A stretch of 64,000 bases of DNA, from the NCBI GenBank assembly GCA_012798755.1, contig JAAZMP010000037.1:581-64580 (forward strand), read 5' to 3'. Each line of letters starts with the position of its first letter. Position 1 is the stretch's first letter. Below the pieces are notes generated by a model, which worked only from the letters and a program-made list of their open reading frames with translations, was not told where the DNA came from and made no database searches. The position numbers and the translations under genes are program-made. This document shows, one piece after another, positions 56,461 to 64,000 of the stretch. This DNA comes from Bacillota bacterium. Its GTDB lineage: Bacteria > Bacillota > Dethiobacteria > DTU022 > UBA8154.

Positions 56461-56489
56461 TTGACAAATTATTAATAAATGTCTATAAT
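56461..56489 (+). promoter_or_regulatory. Perfect consensus sigma-A promoter (TTGACA-17-TATAAT) of the greA leader
   Basis: TTGACA 56461-56466, TATAAT 56484-56489; an AT-rich UP-like region lies upstream. Confidence 0.6.
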
Positions 56490-56565
56490 AAGTTAGTATT
56501 TAGTGGGCATGATCTTTAAAAAGGCATTTAATTAAGTGGTTTTCCGGTAGTGCGGTAAGCGGTAC

Positions 56566-56608
56566 CGCCTCTTATGGCATGCCCAAAAACCTGCCCGCTT
56601 TCTTTTTT
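56566..56608 (+). terminator. Putative leader terminator/attenuator (AAGCGG...CCGCTT stem followed by TCTTTTTT)
   Basis: Stem with an internal GGCATGCC palindrome followed by a U-run, ~110 nt from the predicted TSS and ~140 nt before the greA ATG. Confidence 0.4.
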
Positions 56609-56619
56609 GATCAGCCTGA

Positions 56620-56641
56620 AGTGTCAAGTCGACTTGACACT
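56620..56641. promoter_or_regulatory. Perfect 22-bp palindrome AGTGTCAAGTC|GACTTGACACT (operator-like, or a second hairpin followed by a T-rich tract)
   Basis: Exact dyad symmetry read from the sequence, centred on GTCGAC; followed by TTATTCTTACTT. Confidence 0.45.
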
Positions 56642-56750
56642 TATTCTTACTTACAGAGCGTCTCGTGGAATAATTCCATAAGGGCAAACATATAATTTCC
56701 TCTAAGATTTGTTTTCCTTATTTCACTAATTAATTAAAGGAGAGAGGTAA

Positions 56751-58711
<1,961 letters not shown>

Positions 58712-58727
58712 TGATTTCTTCCTGACA

Positions 58728-58760
58728 GCAGGGTAGATTTGTAAGCCTACCTGCCTTTTG
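58728..58760 (+). terminator. Terminator-like hairpin plus T-tract after lysS
   Basis: GCAGGGTAG-10 nt-CTACCTGCC followed by TTTTG. Confidence 0.45.
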
Positions 58761-59139
58761 CCAAGCTTTATTAAACCGCCGGGCCGCCAAGTATTAAGCG
58801 TTGCTGCCGGGGCGGTGAAGTATAGTTCGTCTTACAACATTCATACTGTTTAACAATTTCATTATAGGATCCTTCATTTTATCTTTTCAGAAACCAAACA
58901 GCCGGAATTTGGTAAATGCTAACCTTTTAAAAAGGCTATTCCCTGCATCGCGCAGGAGATTTACCATTTCCGGCTGTATTAATAATATCTGCTTTTTTGC
59001 AAAAATTATTCATATCATCAAAGGTTATTTATTAGTTGGCCTAATTAAGGAAACACTTAATATGAGCTGTATTTGTACAAAAAAGCTGCTCCATAATTTT
59101 GCTGTCTTGAAAAAACAAAAAGATTTGAAGAGGTGGACG

Positions 59140-60105
59140 ATGAGTTATAAATTGGGCATTGACCTAGGAGGAACAAAAATACTGATAGCCCTGGAAAAAG
59201 AAGGGGGAGGGATAATCAGCAGCGGCAAATTTCCCACCGGAGCAACAAGGGGTGTGGACAGTGTTCTGGACAACCTGGCAAGCCGCACAAGTGAGGTTCT
59301 TTCCCACGCTGGCGTTTCCCGGCATGAACTGGTAGGCCTGGGCATCTGTGTAGCGGGTTTTTATGATATTCGCACCAGGACAATAGTTAGTTCACCAAAC
59401 CTTCCGGGATGGGAGCAGTTCCCATTGGAACAGGAACTCAAAAAAAGATTTAAGGTGCCGGTTCTTGTGGAAAACGATGCTAATGCCGCTGCCTATGGTG
59501 AGTACCTCTACGGCGCGGGTAGAGGGAAAAAAAACATGGTGAATATAACTTTGGGAACGGGTATCGGCGGCGGAATCATAACGGAAGGCCATATTTACAG
59601 AGGTGGGGGCGGTTTCGCCGGTGAGGTAGGACATATCAATGTTCTACCCGGAGGGCCCCTTTGTGGCTGTGGACGGCGGGGTTGCTTGGAAAGTGTTTCA
59701 TCCGGATTGGCTATTGCCAGGGAAGGACGCCTTCTTTTGGAGTCCGGAGGCGGGGATCTTTTGCGAAAAATAACTGGAGAAAAAGGGCAGCTGACGGCAG
59801 GCCACGTATTTGAAGCGGCAAGAAACGGTGATGCGGGAGCTGCAAGAATTATTAGGGAGGCAGCTCGTTTTCTGGGGCTTGCTCTTTCTTTTGTTGTAAA
59901 TATTTTAAACCCCGAAGTTATTACAATGAGTGGGGGTATGGCTCAAGCTGGGGAACAACTTTTTGTTCCGGTACGCCACTATCTGAAGGAAGCGGCAATT
60001 CCGCCTTCCGGAGATATGGTATCTGTAGTTCCTGCTGTTTTAGGTGAAGAAGCAGGGGTTAGAGGGGTTCTCTCCCTATTAGAACAATATTTAAAGAAAC
60101 TGTAG
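59140..60105 (+). CDS. ROK-family glucokinase
   Basis: LGIDLGGTK ATP-binding motif plus the CxCGxxGCxE zinc motif (CGCGRRGCLE). The ORF-track N-terminal 77 codons lack an RBS; the real start is ATG 59140 after GAGGTGG. Confidence 0.8.
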   Translation: MSYKLGIDLGGTKILIALEKEGGGIISSGKFPTGATRGVDSVLDNLASRTSEVLSHAGVSRHELVGLGICVAGFYDIRTRTIVSSPNLPGWEQFPLEQELKKRFKVPVLVENDANAAAYGEYLYGAGRGKKNMVNITLGTGIGGGIITEGHIYRGGGGFAGEVGHINVLPGGPLCGCGRRGCLESVSSGLAIAREGRLLLESGGGDLLRKITGEKGQLTAGHVFEAARNGDAGAARIIREAARFLGLALSFVVNILNPEVITMSGGMAQAGEQLFVPVRHYLKEAAIPPSGDMVSVVPAVLGEEAGVRGVLSLLEQYLKKL

Positions 60106-60544
60106 ACCATGTTCCTTAATGCACAAAGTTACTGTTCAGTTTTGAAAAGCCCCCGATTTGTTCGGAGGCAGTACCGTTTTTACTTTGCCCTAATTTTTTA
60201 CAGTAACCTTTTCCGATAAGATTCGTTATACACTATGAAAAGGGAAATACCATTCCTACCAGGTAATTTCTGGATCTTTCAGATTTTTTCCAGGCAAGGC
60301 CATCAAAGGTATTATGTGGTTTTGCAGTGATGAGCAGGAGATAGGATGGCGGGAGTAGAATTGATTTATGACAAAATTCTAGGGTACGCCCCAAAACCCC
60401 TGAGGTTCTTGCGTCGTGAAGGAAGGGTGTGAGCCCAGCTCTTGCCATGCTACCTTTTTTGTCAAAGGGCATCCAGCTCCGGGGTAAAGGAGGGTGTGCT
60501 TTATTATGCAATAAAGTGCCTAGATCCTTTAAGGAGAGATCCAG

Positions 60545-61105
60545 TTGTCAATCGAAAAAAACGAGCAGGAGATAATCTCCAGGGCACAAGATAACCCCGG
60601 TTCTTTTGCTCCAATTTACGATCATTACTTTCCTAAAATATATAATTATATTTACCAGAGAGTCCAGAATACGCAGCTGACCGAAGATTTGGTATCGGAG
60701 ACTTTTTACAAAGCGCTGGCCAATATTAACCAATTTAAATGGCAGGGACGTTCTTTCGCCAGCTGGCTTTATACGATCGCCCGCAACCAAGTTATCGATC
60801 AATATCGCCGGAAAGAACCTTTGATATTGGATGAAAGTAAAAATGAATTGATGGCGCCTGAAACCAGTAATCCCGAAAACAAGGCTCTTGATAAGGTTAC
60901 CCAGGAAGAAATTTTTAAAACCATAAAAATGCTAACTCCGGATCAACAAGATGCCTTGCTGTTGCGTTTCCAAGAAGATTTAAAAATCAGGGAAATAGCT
61001 GAAGTTTTAGGAAAAAACGAAGGTGCTGTAAAGGCGCTTTTGTTCAGAGGATTAAAAAGTCTTCGTAAAAAATTGAAAGAAGGGGGTTACAATGAAGCGG
61101 TCTGA
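60545..61105 (+). CDS. ECF (sigma-70 family, group 4) sigma factor
   Basis: Region 2 (YIYQRV...DLVSETFYKA) and region 4 HTH. TTG start. Confidence 0.85.
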   Translation: MSIEKNEQEIISRAQDNPGSFAPIYDHYFPKIYNYIYQRVQNTQLTEDLVSETFYKALANINQFKWQGRSFASWLYTIARNQVIDQYRRKEPLILDESKNELMAPETSNPENKALDKVTQEEIFKTIKMLTPDQQDALLLRFQEDLKIREIAEVLGKNEGAVKALLFRGLKSLRKKLKEGGYNEAV

Positions 61106-62345
61106 ACAGGATAGAATCTTTGAAGGCTTCGGTTCTTCACAGGAAGAAGTGCAAGAACTTAAAAAAATTGCCTCCTTCATCAAAGACTTACCAAAGGCTC
61201 AACCCTCCTCAGTTTTTCGGGCTGGGCTCAGAGAGCGACTGGCGGATAAAGCCCACTCCAAGGTAAAAACTTTTTCCGGAAAAAACAAAGTTTTTCGCTT
61301 GGTTGACAAAGGGTATGAATATGGCCGGAGGATGCTTAAAGCCAGCCATTTGCTTGCAGCCGCTGCGGCCGTATTCCTGATCATTTCCCTGGCTGTATTT
61401 TACAGCCAAGGAAAGGCCGGTTTTGTTCCTCCTTATGTTATTTCCACGGAGAAAACACCGGGTACGGTAGTTTCTGAAGATCATGACCTTGATGGCATGG
61501 AAACAGAGAAGTATGCGCCCATCGCGGAGCAGGAACCTGAAATCAAGCCTTCGGAAGGGGAAAACAGTGACACCCCGGAGGCCGAAGAGACTGTTCCGGA
61601 TAATACAACAAATACAACAATACCGGAAGAAAATGATGCACCGGAAATTGACAAACCCGGTGAACCCAAGGTTGAAGAAGAACCAACCAAAGATGATCCC
61701 GAATTTGAAGCCTGGAAGAACCGGCAAAATTTTGTGTTGGCAAAAGGGTCGATTAACCTGCCGCCGGTGTATTACAATGCGGAACATGATGCTGCGGTGC
61801 CTGCGGATAACATAAGGTATTCGTGGAACCCCAGAAAAATTGTTGCTTTAACCAGTCCCGGCAAATCCGGGGAATTTGGAACGGAAGCCTGGGCTAAAGA
61901 AAACCTTTCCAACAATGGATTTGTCGTGAAAAAAGGAGATTACTTAAAGATCGATCTTCACGAAACGCCAAAGGGATTATTTGCAGAGGTATTTTACAAA
62001 CCGCTAAAAAGTGCTGACAGCGCACCGACTCTTGTTTTGCATTACCAGGATGAGGTTGGTATTCTTTCCTATTATTATGAGGAAAAAGGGGCAGTGGGAC
62101 AGCCTGGTTTCTATCCCATTCTGTCGCCAGCCGAAGCCTTTAAACAGGTAGGCAATCTTGAGTGGTACGCTCCTTCGCAAAGACTGGATTTTTCTTTTCA
62201 AGAAGTCAGTCTGGTTTACCATGATTTTTCCTTAAAGGAAAGCAACGGACAAAAAACGGTTAAATTGCCGTCATATCGTTTTTTAGGTAGAGAAACACTT
62301 GACAAAGGCGGAGAACTTATAATATGTCTTCCGGCTGTTAAGTAA
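61092..62345 (+). CDS. Putative membrane anti-sigma factor (single TM, acidic/Pro-rich linker, C-terminal extracytoplasmic domain)
   Basis: Overlaps the sigma gene stop (ATGA). TM LLAAAAAVFLIISLAVF at ~aa 95-112; low-complexity E/P/T-rich segment. Confidence 0.6.
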   Translation: MKRSEQDRIFEGFGSSQEEVQELKKIASFIKDLPKAQPSSVFRAGLRERLADKAHSKVKTFSGKNKVFRLVDKGYEYGRRMLKASHLLAAAAAVFLIISLAVFYSQGKAGFVPPYVISTEKTPGTVVSEDHDLDGMETEKYAPIAEQEPEIKPSEGENSDTPEAEETVPDNTTNTTIPEENDAPEIDKPGEPKVEEEPTKDDPEFEAWKNRQNFVLAKGSINLPPVYYNAEHDAAVPADNIRYSWNPRKIVALTSPGKSGEFGTEAWAKENLSNNGFVVKKGDYLKIDLHETPKGLFAEVFYKPLKSADSAPTLVLHYQDEVGILSYYYEEKGAVGQPGFYPILSPAEAFKQVGNLEWYAPSQRLDFSFQEVSLVYHDFSLKESNGQKTVKLPSYRFLGRETLDKGGELIICLPAVK

Positions 62346-62385
62346 TAATTAAAGTATAATTAAATAGTAAAAAGCCATATAAAAA

Positions 62386-62416
62386 CCTGCATATTAACTT
62401 AATATGCAGGTTTTTT
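62386..62416. terminator. Strong bidirectional intrinsic terminator (CCTGCATATTAA-C-TTAATATGCAGG + TTTTTT) between convergent genes
   Basis: Perfect 12-bp stem flanked by an A-tract 5' and a T-tract 3'. Confidence 0.85.
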
Positions 62417-62442
62417 ATATGTTGAAAACGTTACAGCTTTTG

Positions 62443-64000
62443 TCATGTTATGTTAGTCAATTTGTCTTTTTCCACAGGTATTGTTTCTTTGAAGTTTTGG
62501 AATAAACGATAGTCTAAATGTGGAAAAAGATTGTCGCTTGCCTCCAGATGACGCAGCCATGGTAGATCGATATTGTCTTCCCAGATCTGTTTTTCAAGTT
62601 TTAAAAATCGGGTTAAATGGCTTTTGATCCTTGACACTGCATAAAGATCCATAGTGCCGGATGTTATGATAAAAGGCCAGTCGCTGCTTTGGGCTAACAG
62701 CAGCTCCCTTGCGGCTTGGTTAAGGGCATCCTTTAACGTATTTTCGGCCCTGGGAAAATTGGTGGCCAAGCCAATCATTTTTTCTGCAGCCCGATGAAGG
62801 TGTCTGTACAGCCAATCGTTTTTTCCATTAAGCCAAACTTCGTGATAGCCTTTGTCTCCCCAACTGGAAGGGTTGGGTTCGGAAACCTGTAAAGGGTAAC
62901 CCCGGTCGAGGTATTTCCCGGGGGTAATCATTTCAATTCGTTTGTTTTTGGAAATTAAACGACAAAGATTATCTATCCACATAGGCCCCTCAAACCACCA
63001 ATGACCAAACAGTTCCGAATCGTAGGGTGCTACCACCAGCGGGGGGCGATCCATAATTTCTCCGTAATATTCTGCTTGTTTTTCCCGATTAAACATGAAA
63101 TTTGCGGCATGTTCGAAGGCTTTATCTGCAGCCCATTGTATATTATACGGTTCTTTGTGGTCGGTGGGGCCTGTAATGCGATAATATTTAAAACCTGTGT
63201 TGCTTCTCATTCCCATGGGATGCAGAAATTCTCCGATATAGTCCAGGTCTAGATCATATCCTATATCCCGATAAAATTCCCTATAGTTGTAATCCCCGGG
63301 ATAGCCTTCCTTGGAACTCCATACCTGATGCGATGTTTCGGGATCCCGGCCAAAGGCTGCCAAACCGGCCGGCGTAAGTATAGGGCTATAAACACCGTAT
63401 TTTGGACGGGGGGAAGCATAAAGGACTCCATGTGTGGCTGTGATAAAGTAGTAAAAACCTAACTCTTTTATGATATCTTCCAGCTTCGGATCATAGCCGC
63501 ATTCCGGAAGCCAGATTCCCTTTGGTGCTTGGCCAAAGATCATATTGTAATATTCCCAGCCGGCAGCAATTTGGGCATAAAGGGCCTCTTTCTGTACGCC
63601 TAACAGGGGTAAATAGCCGTGAGTTGCCGCTGAGGTTATCAGTTCGACTTTTCCGCTGTTTTGAAGATCCTTGAAAGCTTCAAGCAGCTGCCTTTGGTAT
63701 TTTTCGTTAAAAAAATAGGAGGCAAAATCCAGCCTTTCACGATATAAGCCAGCTAAAGGAGAAAAAACAGGATCGGATGCTATTCTTTCTTCCTCTTTAT
63801 GAGCCAGTTGCTGTAACCGGGCCAGGTATGCTGCGTAGCGTTCCTGCAAAAAGGGATCCGCCATCATAGCCATAAGGGTAGGCGAAAGGGAAACAGTAAT
63901 TGAATAATCGATGTTGTCCCTGTTTAAACCCTGAAAAACCCTAAGCAATGGTATATAGCATTCGGTTATCGCTTCGAAAAACCATTTTTCTTCGAGAGAT
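62443..64000 (-). CDS. GH57-family 1,4-alpha-glucan branching enzyme-like protein (partial; the N-terminus lies beyond the window end)
   Basis: The GH57/DUF1957 pattern (WLPECGY, ELFGHWWFEG) is present. The reading frame is open to position 64000. Confidence 0.8.
   Translation of the reverse strand, partial: SLEEKWFFEAITECYIPLLRVFQGLNRDNIDYSITVSLSPTLMAMMADPFLQERYAAYLARLQQLAHKEEERIASDPVFSPLAGLYRERLDFASYFFNEKYQRQLLEAFKDLQNSGKVELITSAATHGYLPLLGVQKEALYAQIAAGWEYYNMIFGQAPKGIWLPECGYDPKLEDIIKELGFYYFITATHGVLYASPRPKYGVYSPILTPAGLAAFGRDPETSHQVWSSKEGYPGDYNYREFYRDIGYDLDLDYIGEFLHPMGMRSNTGFKYYRITGPTDHKEPYNIQWAADKAFEHAANFMFNREKQAEYYGEIMDRPPLVVAPYDSELFGHWWFEGPMWIDNLCRLISKNKRIEMITPGKYLDRGYPLQVSEPNPSSWGDKGYHEVWLNGKNDWLYRHLHRAAEKMIGLATNFPRAENTLKDALNQAARELLLAQSSDWPFIITSGTMDLYAVSRIKSHLTRFLKLEKQIWEDNIDLPWLRHLEASDNLFPHLDYRLFQNFKETIPVEKDKLTNIT

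Noticed and set aside
56490-56750. T-box leader for lysS
   Set aside because: lysS follows greA directly with a 23-nt gap. The greA leader lacks the T-box consensus (AGGGUGGNACCGCG) and a specifier-loop architecture.
58909-59139. N-terminal 77 codons of the ROK ORF in the track
   Set aside because: No RBS; Cys/Ile-rich junk composition; the ROK fold and ATP motif begin at M78. ATG 59140 has a GAGGTGG RBS.
60380-60470. Possible SRP (4.5S/scRNA) gene, suggested by a GAAGGAAG motif
   Set aside because: The conserved helix-8 sequence (GGUCCGGAAGGAAGCAGCC with a GNRA tetraloop) is not matched beyond GAAGGAAG.

Overview
This is a 64-kb chromosomal segment that reads like an anaerobic Firmicutes/Clostridia-type genome: GGAGG-type ribosome-binding sites, frequent GTG/TTG starts, tight operons with ATGA overlaps. 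I found no rRNA, tRNA or CRISPR arrays. The housekeeping backbone is cdaA-cdaR-glmM-glmS, pcrA, greA-lysS, LemA-HtpX, a ROK glucokinase, an ECF sigma/anti-sigma pair and a partial GH57 branching enzyme at the 3' edge. Between these sit several accessory loci:
(1) A decayed IS21 transposase fragment abutting a truncated Lon-like protease remnant at the 5' edge.
(2) A HesB/IscA-like selenoprotein gene that the ORF track misses, because it has an in-frame UGA followed by a SECIS-like hairpin.
(3) A divergent glycan/compatible-solute-like locus. One strand carries a phosphohexomutase, GDP-mannose pyrophosphorylase, a cupin, and a GT4 fused to a glycoside-hydrolase-like domain. The other carries a 1199-aa protein fusing a GpgS-like GT-A domain to a C-terminal GH130 mannoside-phosphorylase domain, then a tandem P-loop protein.
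(4) A nickel/peptide-type ABC importer with a run-on permease-to-binding-protein reading frame, a fused double ATPase and a DUF4213/DUF364 metal-chelation-like protein.
(5) An AmmeMemoRadiSam three-gene system.
(6) A corrinoid-dependent methyltransferase cluster with a BenE-type transporter and a GntR regulator, which looks like an O-demethylase for methoxybenzoates.
(7) A COG5322 (acyl-ACP-reductase-like) gene with two uncharacterised partners.
Also notable: glmS encodes Ser instead of the catalytic N-terminal Cys, and greA has a leader carrying a consensus promoter plus terminator-like hairpins. Several perfect sigma-A consensus promoters and intrinsic terminators are visible. All functional calls come from reading motifs by eye; I ran no database search.
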